NCBI GenBank assembly: GCA_034520965.1
Contig: JAXHMY010000001.1
Coordinates: 960,001 to 1,024,000 of the forward strand
Direction of reading: 5' to 3'
DNA: 64,000 bases
DNA from: Spirochaetia bacterium
Lineage (GTDB): Bacteria; Spirochaetota; Spirochaetia; DSM-16054; Sediminispirochaetaceae
Below, piece by piece: positions 20,959 to 30,488 of the stretch (its first letter is position 1; every line of letters starts with the position of its first letter). Below the pieces are notes generated by a model, which was not told the DNA's origin, made no database searches, and saw only the letters and a list, made by a program, of their open reading frames with translations. Position numbers and translations under genes: made by a program.

Positions 20959-22251
20959 TTAAAAACGCGCGGATAATTCAAAGCGAAGCATGTAGTCCGA
21001 ACCCGCATCCTTGACCCACGCTGATCCCGGGACGAAAACGGCGCCTGTCAATCCCGCCGAGAGATCAGATAGGATGTCCCAAGTAAAACCGGCATCATAC
21101 TCGGTGCCGACAAACCAGGAATCAGTCTCCCCAGCCAGGTCCATCCAGTCGGCGTTCCACTCGTAGATGCGGAAGTATGCCCGTCCACCTACCGACGGGC
21201 GCAGCCTCCTCATAACCGGGGAAGTTCCATCCAGGAAGGGCCGGAGGGAGTACGAAAGTCCCGTATACATGAGGGAATCGAGGGTCGGATCTACCACCAG
21301 ACCCAGGGTCGGTTTGTTCACAGGCCTGAATTTACTCAAACCGAAGGGCATGTCGAATCCGATATCGATGTCCTCCACCGGTGCGTCGGGTGTAGCCACC
21401 AGGCCGTAGAATGCGATTTTTGAGTCGAGCCAGTCCTTCCGCAGGTAACGGGAGGTGAAACCGGTGAGCAGCGACAGTTTCTTCGTATCCTCTACCGAGC
21501 TGATTTGGGAGGTCCCCACTACGAGAAAACCGTCGTGATACAGGTAGCGTCCGAGTTTGTAGGACAGCAGGGTTCCCCAGTATTGACTGTCGATAGTCTC
21601 TTCGCCGCTTTCAGGGTCGCGCAGGTCGAACTGGGCGAGACCGAAGAGCACCCAGTTCTGCAGCCTTTTTCCGACATCGATGAAGCTGACTTGTCCCTGA
21701 GTGAAGAACCGCTTTGGTCCGAAAGTGTTGTTCTCCTCATCCGACTGTTCGCTCAAATCGATCGCTGAAAGACGTATATCGCTTGTCGGGTTCAGCAGCA
21801 ACCCGGTGTAGGCCGCATCTATTTTGAAGTGCACCCGGGGAAAGAGGAGATTCAAGCCGGCTCCGTCGGCGGTATGCATCAGGATGTAGCCCGTCGGATC
21901 GGAGAAGCCGAAGCGTCCGAGAGAGGCCTGCAGCATCGAAGAGCTCCCGAGGGCGGCCGGAAAGCTGCCCCTGAAGCGAAGTTCGTCGATGTCCAGAAGA
22001 TAGGCGCGGTCTTCGGTAAATAGATAACTTGCCTGGCCCCGGAAGCCGAGAGTGGACACGCCGCGCTTCATCTCTCCGTCGAGCCAGAGCGACAGACGGT
22101 CTTCCTGTGTGACTTCTCCCTCATCGGCGAAAAGATAGCCGGTGGTATTGGCCAGTTCTCCGCCCCAGTCCCAGTCAAACGCCGTAACGGAGACAGCAGC
22201 CCCTAACAGGAGGCAGACGGCAGTGATGGAAATAAAACCAAGCCGTTTCAT
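20959..22251 (-). CDS. Putative outer-membrane beta-barrel protein
   Basis: Signal peptide, alternating amphipathic strands, C-terminal 'LRFELSARF'. Confidence 0.65.
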   Translation of the reverse strand: MKRLGFISITAVCLLLGAAVSVTAFDWDWGGELANTTGYLFADEGEVTQEDRLSLWLDGEMKRGVSTLGFRGQASYLFTEDRAYLLDIDELRFRGSFPAALGSSSMLQASLGRFGFSDPTGYILMHTADGAGLNLLFPRVHFKIDAAYTGLLLNPTSDIRLSAIDLSEQSDEENNTFGPKRFFTQGQVSFIDVGKRLQNWVLFGLAQFDLRDPESGEETIDSQYWGTLLSYKLGRYLYHDGFLVVGTSQISSVEDTKKLSLLTGFTSRYLRKDWLDSKIAFYGLVATPDAPVEDIDIGFDMPFGLSKFRPVNKPTLGLVVDPTLDSLMYTGLSYSLRPFLDGTSPVMRRLRPSVGGRAYFRIYEWNADWMDLAGETDSWFVGTEYDAGFTWDILSDLSAGLTGAVFVPGSAWVKDAGSDYMLRFELSARF

Positions 22252-22731
22252 ACCTCACCTCCGGGATTCCCGGCCTGCATAACAGTAAGGAAGCGTTCGA
22301 GAATCCGTATAGCCCGTTCACCCGAAAGAGGAGAATTCGGATAGCTGCTGCCCTGGACCGCATCGATGAAGGCGAGTTCCCGCACCGCGTATCTGGGCCC
22401 GGGAAAGAGACGGTACATGAGACCCCCCGAACGGCCGTATATCTTAATGATAAGAAAAGGAATACTCACCGAGTGTCAGTGCCGCTTCAGCCTCTTTATC
22501 GGAGAAAACAGGCTGAGTATCCGCCATCAATTCAGCCGCCTGTGCAAAACCCGCATCATCTTCGATTTCCCCTTGTGCTACCAGAAGCAGGTAGGAGGCT
22601 CCGCCGAAGGACAGCATGTCCTGATCAAGAATGGCGTCCATCGAAGCCGCGGATTGCGCACACAGAACAGAGGGTCCTGCCACTGCGGCCAGCAGTCCGA
22701 GGATACATATCCCCATTATTTTGTTTTTCAT
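22248..22731 (-). CDS. Exported hypothetical protein (frameshift near 22450)
   Basis: Signal peptide, 'LTLGEYSF', 'GGLMYRLFPGPRYAVRELAF', 'LSGERAIRIL'. Promoter TTGATA-N17-TATAAT ends 6 nt before the ATG. Confidence 0.7.
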
Positions 22732-22858
22732 AATAGAATTATACACCGGAAAAGCATAGATATCAAAAAAAACATATCAACATTATGGGGCGCGCATGAT
22801 TGGTGCCCTCAAAAAGCTATTCCGTTCAAAAACGGATAGCAGGATATTGCGGGAGCAG

Positions 22859-23273
22859 CTATTCTGCCAGAGGGTTTTCGATTCTGATGCCGGAGTAAAA
22901 CTGACCGGTATTGAGGTCTTCCGAATAGATGATGTCGCACTCGGCATACTCGGCATTGGCAACAATGCAGGCATCCCAGAAATTGATATTGTACGTTTTT
23001 TTGATTTCTACCGCTCGTCGAATCATTGCAGGAGATTGCTGTATCACCTCTATGTGTTCTGAGCAGATGGAGCTGCCGTAGAACCACTTCTTCAGTTTGC
23101 CCGAGTTTCCTTAAGGCCACATGTGCATATTCCTGCAAAACTTGAGTGGATAAGACACCCTGCCCGCTTTTCATGAGGTCGGTGATGAGGCGAGCGGCTT
23201 TGATCTGTTTAGAGCGGTCTTTTTTATCATTCGCGTATATCAGTATGTTAGTGTCGATGAAGTATTTCGCCAT
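22859..23273 (-). CDS. vapC: PIN-domain (VapC) toxin; frameshift near 23050
   Basis: 'YFIDTNILIYA', 'STQVLQEY', 'INFWDACIVANA', 'IYSEDL', 'IRIENPL'. Confidence 0.85.
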
Positions 23274-23275
23274 TT

Positions 23276-23506
23276 CTATTCCCGATTGTATACCTCTGTC
23301 CGGTCAAAGCGATACTCGGAAGGTGATTCGCCGGAATATTTGATGCAGAGATTCTCGAACTCCTGCGCCGCCGCTTCTCGGTCCATTTGGTTGGTAATTT
23401 GCTCAAGATGCGCGCGGATGAGATTGTTTAACGAGGAATTATGTCGTTTGGCGTATTCGCGGGCTTTTTTTATCAGGTTTTCATTTGCCGATAAGGTGAT
23501 ATTCAT
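23276..23506 (-). CDS. RHH-type antitoxin (DUF6364-like)
   Basis: 'MNITLSANENLIKKAREYAKRHNSSLNNLIR', 'FDRTEVYNR', immediately upstream of the PIN gene. Confidence 0.82.
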   Translation of the reverse strand: MNITLSANENLIKKAREYAKRHNSSLNNLIRAHLEQITNQMDREAAAQEFENLCIKYSGESPSEYRFDRTEVYNRE

Positions 23507-23688
23507 ACCTATACCTTCTATGTGTCGTATGTGTACACTTATAATATGATAGCAGTAACGGGCTTATGTCAAGCTGTTTCAGCTCGGTACGTCAGAAACA
23601 AGTTGTTCTTTCTTCACCAGTTTTGCGCCGGGGAATACCCCGCAGCCGCGAGACCGCAAGGGATGCGGCGGCGGGGGCCGCCCAGCCC

Positions 23689-24579
23689 TTAAGTCTCTTC
23701 TTCTTCGTCTTCGAAGTCGAACTCGGCGGCACGTTCCTTCAGGTGGCTTGAAAAGGAGATTTTGGGAACCCCCTGGGCCGGTTTGGCAGGGATGGTCATT
23801 TCCTCGCCCGTGGCGGGATTACGCCCTACCCGCGCCTTCTGAGGGGGCCGCTGCTTAATCGAAACACGCCCGAGGCGGCCTAGGTTCACCGACTCACCCA
23901 AGAGCAGGCCGCTTTCAACCATGTACAGGTAATCATCGATTACCTGCTTGACCTCTTTCTGGGTAAGGTCGCTGCGCTGGGCAAGGTAGGCGACGATGGA
24001 CTGCTTGTTAAAGTGCTCAACAGCGGCATTCTGAGGATCCCGGGACTGCTTGTTAATACGGGTAAAACCGTTGGTGAGAAAAATGGTTGCCTCGCGAATC
24101 CGTTTCTCCTGCTCTTCCTTGCTTAGGCCGGCGGAAAAACGGGCGATTCGATACACGGGTGAAGTTTTTTTAAGGGGCCCGTCATGGACCCGGGCCGGAC
24201 TGCCGCGCCGAATTGCCCCATCGATACTCACTTTGACTCCACGCAGAATTTCCGGTACATCGCTGCGCAGGGGAATACTGGCATATTCCATCTCCCGCTG
24301 CCCCTCCCGGGCAGGCCACAGGCTCAGCAGAGAGCCGCTGTTGCTCAGCAGCAGCATACCCTGCTCATCATCCGCGGCTACCTCATCCGCCTGCTCCATA
24401 TCCAGGGCTGCGGTTTGCCCTGCAAAAAGCCGTTCCTTTTCGATCCAGGCTGCGGCTAAGCGCTCGAAAGCTTCTTCTTCGCCCCCCTGGCCCGAAAGCT
24501 CGTTCCTCCGAACTAACTGCCGTAAATGCTCCCGGATTTCCTCCGGAAGATTGTCGATTTGTTCACGTTTTACTTTCAT
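23689..24579 (-). CDS. Unknown ~180-aa domain fused to a C-terminal HU/IHF DNA-binding domain
   Basis: HU motif 'NKQSIVAYLAQRSDLTQKEV...VNLGRLG...ARVGRNPATGEEMTIPAK'. The N-terminal domain is homologous to 24815-25340. Confidence 0.9.
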   Translation of the reverse strand: MKVKREQIDNLPEEIREHLRQLVRRNELSGQGGEEEAFERLAAAWIEKERLFAGQTAALDMEQADEVAADDEQGMLLLSNSGSLLSLWPAREGQREMEYASIPLRSDVPEILRGVKVSIDGAIRRGSPARVHDGPLKKTSPVYRIARFSAGLSKEEQEKRIREATIFLTNGFTRINKQSRDPQNAAVEHFNKQSIVAYLAQRSDLTQKEVKQVIDDYLYMVESGLLLGESVNLGRLGRVSIKQRPPQKARVGRNPATGEEMTIPAKPAQGVPKISFSSHLKERAAEFDFEDEEEET

Positions 24580-24632
24580 ACACCCATTGTATACCTTAAG
24601 AACGGAAATTCACAAGTTACTTATATTATGGA

Positions 24633-24700
24633 CAGCGATTCTATATTTGGAAGTCTTTTAACTTCCAAATTTGAATTCCATAATTTGTTTGCAAAGCTCA
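24633..24700 (-). mobile_element. Partial copy of the double-hairpin MITE
   Basis: CAGCGATTCTATATTTGGAAGT-ctttta-ACTTCCAAATTTGAATT followed by the conserved TTTGCAAA spacer motif. Confidence 0.72.
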
Positions 24701-24814
24701 TATTTAGCATTTGTACTGTAATTAATTCATAGACTGTAGATACCGGATTTGTGTTTCGACCGGTGCGAACTCAAATGAGTGTACCGGTAGCAAGATCAGA
24801 AAGGAGAAAGAAGA

Positions 24815-25340
24815 ATGGGATCAGAAGATTTCTCTGAAAAAATTCGACAGCACATACATCAGTTGGTAAAGACCGCAGGCCTACCCGACACCGAAGAGTC
24901 TTTAGCAGAGCCTCGAACGGGGCTGGGAAGAGAAGCTGAGCACCTTTGAAAAACAGGTGGAAGAGCGGGATATGGAGATGGTCGAAGAGTTCGACGCGGA
25001 GGATGAACGCGGCGCGCTGCTGATGACCTACTCGGGCAGCCTGATTAACCTGGGACCCAAGGGCGGGGAAGGCCGCTTTATTGCCTACCACAGCATAGGG
25101 GTTCGTAACGATGTTCCGGAATCCGCAGAAACCGACAAGACCGACCTGGCCGCGGATGTGCTTATCGACGAAGGGGCAGCCTTTACCAACGGACCTATTA
25201 AAAAGAGTTCTCCCATCTTCAAAATCGCAGTAATTGTCGAAGAGATGGAAGATGAAGAGCAGGAAGAGCTGCTGGCCGAGATGACCCAGATGCTCACCGA
25301 CGATTTTATTGAAGTCAACAAGACAATAATCCAGGAGTAG
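24815..25340 (+). CDS. Acidic stand-alone paralog of the N-terminal domain of the HU fusion (frameshift near 24905)
   Basis: RBS AAGGAG, ATG 24815. MGSEDFSEKIRQHIHQLVK... joins 'GWEEKLSTFEKQVEERDME...LLMTYSGSL...GPIKKSSPIFKIA'. Confidence 0.82.
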
Positions 25341-25341
25341 G

Positions 25342-26358
25342 ATGAAGCAACTCATCGAGATTGCTCAGCGTGCGGGCCTTCCGGAAAGGGAGGCCTACAC
25401 AGCTCTTATACAACAGTCCATCGAAGTCCTGCAGAATGAAGACCCCCTGTACCGTCCCCGGGATGAACGCAACCGCCCAGGAGGGATGTTGCGGCTCAAC
25501 CACCAGCCGACCATCATAATACCCGATCTGCACGCGCGCCCCTGGTTTCTGCTGCAGGTGCTGGCCTACCGGCCCGGGAGGCAACCGGACTCAACTACCG
25601 TGTTCGAGCTTTTGGAGCAAGGGGAATTGCAGATGGTCTGTGTGGGCGATGGTTTTCATGGAGAGTCCAGGGCAGCACAGCGCTGGAAAAAGGCCTTTAA
25701 GGAGTTTACCGGGAAGTATCACCGCCACTCGGCAATGGATGAGGAGATGCGGGAGAGTCTGAGCCTGATGGAGATAGTGATGCAGCTGAAGATTATGCGG
25801 CCCGACTCTTTTCATTTTCTGAAGGGGAACCACGAGAACATTTTAAATGAGGAAGGTCGCGGGAACCACCCTTTCCGAAAATTTGCCTTTGAGGGGGAAA
25901 TGGTGAAAGAGTGGGTTCTGAAGTTCTACGGAGAGGAGTTTATCTACGCCTTTGCCGAGATGGAGCATGAGTTTCCCCTATTGGCGGTAGACGGCACCTT
26001 TATGCTGTCCCACGCCGAGCCGCAGCGCTATTTTACCCACGAAGAGGTAATCCGTTACCGGGAGTACGATGATGTAGTGCTGGGCCTGACCTGGACTCCC
26101 AATGACGGGGCTGAGGAGGGAAGTGTAAACCAAATGATAGCCGATTACTGCAGCCACCCCGATCAGGCCGTCTATTTCGGCGGCCACCGCCCGGTGCAGG
26201 GCAAGTTTAACCTGCGAGCCAAGGATAAATACGTCCAGCTGCACAATCCAGGAACCTACAGCTTCGCCCTGCTGCAGCCGGGTATTCCCCCGGACCCTCA
26301 GCAGGATATACTGGTAATACCCCACGACGAAGAAGCGGTGTTGAGAGCGGAGGAATAG
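25342..26358 (+). CDS. Calcineurin-like metallophosphoesterase, PPP Ser/Thr phosphatase-like
   Basis: 'IPDLHA', 'VGDGFH', 'KGNHEN', 'LSHA', 'GLTWT', 'GGHRP'. Confidence 0.85.
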   Translation: MKQLIEIAQRAGLPEREAYTALIQQSIEVLQNEDPLYRPRDERNRPGGMLRLNHQPTIIIPDLHARPWFLLQVLAYRPGRQPDSTTVFELLEQGELQMVCVGDGFHGESRAAQRWKKAFKEFTGKYHRHSAMDEEMRESLSLMEIVMQLKIMRPDSFHFLKGNHENILNEEGRGNHPFRKFAFEGEMVKEWVLKFYGEEFIYAFAEMEHEFPLLAVDGTFMLSHAEPQRYFTHEEVIRYREYDDVVLGLTWTPNDGAEEGSVNQMIADYCSHPDQAVYFGGHRPVQGKFNLRAKDKYVQLHNPGTYSFALLQPGIPPDPQQDILVIPHDEEAVLRAEE

Positions 26359-26359
26359 T

Positions 26360-27997
26360 ATGGCAAAAGTGCCCGAGAGTATCGGAAAGTACAAAATTAG
26401 TGAGCTCATCGCCCAGGGCGGGATGGGAGCGGTATACAAGGGGGTTCACCCCACCCTTGAACGCCCGGTCATTCTAAAAAAACTTACCCTCCGCGGGAAC
26501 CCGGACTTTGCCGAACGGTTTCGGCGGGAAGCCCGTCTGTTGATGGATTTTCGCCACGATAATATTGTCGATGTATATGACCACTTTAAAGAGGGTCGCA
26601 GCCATTTTATTGTGCTTGAGTACGTTGACGGGCTTTCTCTGGAACAGCTGATTCGCCGCGAACGCTATCTGCCGAACGAGATGGCCCTCTACATTCTCTA
26701 CCAGTCCTGCCGGGCACTCAAATACGCCCACGATCGGGAGGTGGTGCACCGCGACATTAAACCGGCCAACATACTGTTGTCGAAACGGGGCGAGGTAAAG
26801 CTGGTGGATTTCGGAATTGCCACCTCCGCCGAAGATGCCGAGAGCGGTTTGACCCGGGAGGGCATGACCCTCGGCTCTCCGGCCTACATGGCACCGGAGC
26901 AGTTTGAAAACACCCGCAATGTGGATTTGCGGGCGGATATCTACTCCATGGGAGTTATGCTGTACGAAATGGTGACCGGAAAAAAGCCGTATCCCGGGGG
27001 CTTTTCAGCCGATTTGGTGGCGGCTATCCAGAAGGGAAAGTTCCCGCCCCCGAAAAGGTACAACCCCAAGGTAAACCGGCTGGTCCGCAAAATTATCAAA
27101 AAGAGCATGCACCCCAAGCGCGCACGGCGCTTTCAAAACCTGGATGAGGTACTCGCCCTGCTGGAGAGGTTCTTCAATCGGCGCCGGCTCGAACCCTACC
27201 GCCTGCAGCTGCAGCAGGCGGTTGCGGGAAAAACCGTGGAGCCCCTGACCCCGCGGCGTCGCTCAAAAATCAAAACGGCACTGATCACAATTCCGGCGGC
27301 CCTGGTGCTGCTGGGGGCAGCCGGAGGCATTCTCTATAGCCTGGGCTATTACCACGAGTGGATAGAGCCGAATGCGTATGGAGCCTTGAGCTTTCAGGTG
27401 AAGGTAGATGAGAGCTATAAGCCGCCGGAGGATTACTATATTCGCGGCCGGCTGTTTACCGATACCGGTGACAATGCCGAAGAGATGGATACAGCACCTT
27501 TGCGTTTTACCCGGGTTCAGCATGCCGATGGAGATTCACTGCAGTTTCGCAGTCGAAAATTGTATCTGCCGGAGGATGAGTATCGGGTAAAACTTCAAAT
27601 TGAAAATACCCTGCACTGGAAAAGTTTTTACCTGGAGCCGCGGAGCAGTCAGAAACAGAACATCAATACCAGAGAGGGACGTACCCTTGAGTTTCATTTC
27701 GGCGTACAGCGGGCACTGCCCCTGGAGGTAGACTTTTTTGTCCAGGACCGCTCGAGCTGGGAGAACATAACCGGTTTAACCCGCATCATGGTTGAAATGA
27801 ACGGACGGCGGCAGCCGTGGAGCCCGGAGCTGGCAGAGAGCCTGCGGACGGGCAGGGTGTACCATTTTCACTTTACCGCCCCGGGTTACAAGCCAAAGAC
27901 ATTCAGCCTGTTAATCCGGCCCGAACAGTACCAGCTGGTACTGAATCCGCGGCTTACCCCGATTGAAGAGAACCCGATTGAAGAGAAAGAAGAGTAA
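26360..27997 (+). CDS. Hanks-type Ser/Thr protein kinase with TM helix and extracytoplasmic beta-rich domain
   Basis: 'QGGMGAVY', 'VILKK', 'HRDIKPANIL', 'DFG', 'GSPAYMAPE', 'DIYSMG'. TM at about aa 307-328. Confidence 0.96.
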   Translation: MAKVPESIGKYKISELIAQGGMGAVYKGVHPTLERPVILKKLTLRGNPDFAERFRREARLLMDFRHDNIVDVYDHFKEGRSHFIVLEYVDGLSLEQLIRRERYLPNEMALYILYQSCRALKYAHDREVVHRDIKPANILLSKRGEVKLVDFGIATSAEDAESGLTREGMTLGSPAYMAPEQFENTRNVDLRADIYSMGVMLYEMVTGKKPYPGGFSADLVAAIQKGKFPPPKRYNPKVNRLVRKIIKKSMHPKRARRFQNLDEVLALLERFFNRRRLEPYRLQLQQAVAGKTVEPLTPRRRSKIKTALITIPAALVLLGAAGGILYSLGYYHEWIEPNAYGALSFQVKVDESYKPPEDYYIRGRLFTDTGDNAEEMDTAPLRFTRVQHADGDSLQFRSRKLYLPEDEYRVKLQIENTLHWKSFYLEPRSSQKQNINTREGRTLEFHFGVQRALPLEVDFFVQDRSSWENITGLTRIMVEMNGRRQPWSPELAESLRTGRVYHFHFTAPGYKPKTFSLLIRPEQYQLVLNPRLTPIEENPIEEKEE

Positions 27998-28009
27998 AAG
28001 GAGAAGTTC

Positions 28010-28909
28010 ATGTCGACAGCACTAAGGCGATTAGTTATATCTATTTTGGGTTTATTGGCCGGAGTTGCCGCGTGGCCCCTGATGGAACTGGTACTCAGCT
28101 ATCAGCACCTGTTCCCAAGCTACTTTCTGTTCAGTCTGGCCCAGGGAGCCCTGTTCGGCGTAATAATGGGGGCCTTCTTCGGAAGCGGAGAGGGGCTTAC
28201 CGCCAAGGAGCGGGGAAAAATCATACGCGGTACTCTGATGGGAGCTGCCACCGGTGCAGCGGGCGGGATTGTCGGATTCCTGGCCGGGCAGGGGATACTT
28301 TTTTTGGTGGTCCAGCAGGCCTTTACCTCCTACCGAAGCCAACAACTGATTGCCGTTCCCCTGGCCAGAATAGTCGGCTGGGCAATTCTGGGTATTGCGG
28401 TAGGCGCCTCGGAGGGGCTGCGAGCCCGCTCGCTAAAGAAAACCCTGGTAGGTGTGGGGGGCGGCTTTTTAGGGGGAGTGCTCGGCGGAGCAAGTATCGA
28501 ATATCTGCGAACCCTCTATCCGGAGCTTCTGTACACCCGCTTGGTCGGTGTGGCGGTATTCGGATTGTTGATCGGCATCTGCTATTCCCTGCTTGAGAGG
28601 GGAGTATCTTTGGGCATTCTGCGGGTTTTAAACGGCCCGCGGCGGGGAAAGGAGTACAGTTTTGTGCAAAACCGTGTGAGTGTCGGCAGCGATAAAAATA
28701 ACGATATCGTCTTGGACAGCTATTCTAATGTGGCCCCGAAACATGCCCGCTTTAGGGTGCGCGGAAAAGATGTGTATTTACAGCACATTGATGCGAAAAA
28801 GAGCGCGAAAATCTATGTGAATGAGCTGCCGATAGAAACGGAACAGCTGCTCAAGTACGAAGATGTCATCCAGATTGGTTCGGCCAAGCTGTTTTTCAAG
28901 ACCGAGTAG
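28010..28909 (+). CDS. Multi-TM Gly-rich membrane protein with C-terminal degenerate FHA domain
   Basis: About 6 GxxxG-rich helices, then 'LRVLNGPRRGKEY...VSVGSDKNNDIVL...KHARF...LKYEDVIQIG'. Confidence 0.85.
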   Translation: MSTALRRLVISILGLLAGVAAWPLMELVLSYQHLFPSYFLFSLAQGALFGVIMGAFFGSGEGLTAKERGKIIRGTLMGAATGAAGGIVGFLAGQGILFLVVQQAFTSYRSQQLIAVPLARIVGWAILGIAVGASEGLRARSLKKTLVGVGGGFLGGVLGGASIEYLRTLYPELLYTRLVGVAVFGLLIGICYSLLERGVSLGILRVLNGPRRGKEYSFVQNRVSVGSDKNNDIVLDSYSNVAPKHARFRVRGKDVYLQHIDAKKSAKIYVNELPIETEQLLKYEDVIQIGSAKLFFKTE

Positions 28910-28932
28910 GAGAGGAACATAGGAGAAGAATA

Positions 28933-30420
28933 ATGAGAATTAAAATAAAAGCATTTTTGGCGATACTGGGTATTATGTTCGGCCTGGGCTTTGGTCCGGG
29001 GGACAGCCCTGTTTTTGGTCCGGGGGTCGGCCGGCTGGAGGCACAATCACTGACAATATCGCAAATCGACAGCTCCTCCCTGCTGCTTTCGCAACAGGTA
29101 AACCTGTATTTAAGTGTAAACGACAGGCGGGGCAATTCCATTGCCGGTTTAGAGAAGGACAACTTTACCGTATATGAATCGGCTGACGGGCAAGAGTACA
29201 CAGAAATTCCTGCAATTGAAGAGCTTGCAGAGCAGCCGAATAAGGAGCAGGGCATCCATATCCTGCTGCTGATAGACAACTCCGGCAGCATGTACGATAC
29301 CCTCGAGGGAAAACCCACCAAGGATCGGGAGCGAATGCGTATTACCCATGCAAAAGCGGCCATTCGGCAGTTTATTAACCGCTCTTTCAATCCGCGAGAT
29401 GTTGTTTCCCTGGCCTCATTTAATACCGACCTGACCCTGCACTCCGAAGCGCTTAAAGACCCTAGTGCCCTGGAAGGGCTGCTGGAATCTATCCGCAGGC
29501 CGGAAAGCGAGCAGGCCTACACCGAGCTGTACCACTCCCTGGATGACTCGGTCTACCGGATGGCGAGATACCGGGGGCGCAAGGTGGTGGTAGTACTCTC
29601 GGACGGCGAGAATTACCCCTACTATGAGCATTCCGGCAGCCCCCATTCCGAGTATGGAACCGAGCTGCTGGAACCGGAGACGGTGGTAGACAGCTTTCAG
29701 AGGGAAGGGGTTACCCTGTATGCGATCCATTTTGGCATTGAGCGGGACCGGAACCTCGGCCAGATGGCCCTGAAGTCCGGCGGGAACGTGTACGATGCCA
29801 GAGATGAAGAAGAACTCGCGACGGTGTACCAGGATATTAAACAGAAAATAGAAAATGAGTATCGCCTTACCTATCGGGCAGGAATGCTTCCTACCGACCG
29901 CAAGTTTGTGAAGGTGGAATTTGAAAGTGGACGACAGCAGGCCGAAGCGGAGCGTTACTACTACGCCGGAACGCTGTTCGGGATTCCCGTTCAGCCCTAC
30001 CCCTATTTGATTCTGCTCTTAATTGCGGCTGCTCTGCTGCTGTGGCTCTTATTGCTGCTGCTGCGCTACCGCAAGCTGCAGAAAAATGCCGCCCTGGAGG
30101 TTCTGCAGCCCGGATACCGGACCAAGGTCAGTTCATCCACCATCGCGCTTACCCAGGAAAAAACCGTAATTGGCGGAGGCGAGAGGGCCGACCTGACCAT
30201 CAGCGGGCTCCCCTCCCTCAAACCGGAACACGCTACCATCATGTATGATAAGCAGAATGGGGACTATACCCTGGCCGGGGAGGGCAACATCACCGTGAAC
30301 AACCGCAGGGTAAGCGGCAACCGAAAGCTGCGCGACGGAGATGTGGTAAACATAGAGGGCACAACCATTGTGTTTGATTCGGGAACTCAGGGGGAAAAGA
30401 AGAAGGAGCCGGAAAAGTAG
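28933..30420 (+). CDS. Signal peptide - VWA (intact MIDAS) - TM - degenerate FHA protein
   Basis: 'LLIDNSGSM', 'TELY', 'LSDGEN', Leu-rich TM, 'TVIGG...ADLTI...EHATI...LRDGDVVNI'. Confidence 0.9.
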   Translation: MRIKIKAFLAILGIMFGLGFGPGDSPVFGPGVGRLEAQSLTISQIDSSSLLLSQQVNLYLSVNDRRGNSIAGLEKDNFTVYESADGQEYTEIPAIEELAEQPNKEQGIHILLLIDNSGSMYDTLEGKPTKDRERMRITHAKAAIRQFINRSFNPRDVVSLASFNTDLTLHSEALKDPSALEGLLESIRRPESEQAYTELYHSLDDSVYRMARYRGRKVVVVLSDGENYPYYEHSGSPHSEYGTELLEPETVVDSFQREGVTLYAIHFGIERDRNLGQMALKSGGNVYDARDEEELATVYQDIKQKIENEYRLTYRAGMLPTDRKFVKVEFESGRQQAEAERYYYAGTLFGIPVQPYPYLILLLIAAALLLWLLLLLLRYRKLQKNAALEVLQPGYRTKVSSSTIALTQEKTVIGGGERADLTISGLPSLKPEHATIMYDKQNGDYTLAGEGNITVNNRRVSGNRKLRDGDVVNIEGTTIVFDSGTQGEKKKEPEK

Positions 30421-30488
30421 AGTAGTGTTTTGGACTGCCAGGGGAGCCTAACCTCGCCGGCAGTGTGTCAGTTCAGACGCGGCAAGTA

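Noticed and set aside
23620..23690. GC-rich structured intergenic segment as a possible ncRNA
   Set aside because: No recognisable RNA family motif; more simply a terminator-like structure after the HU gene.
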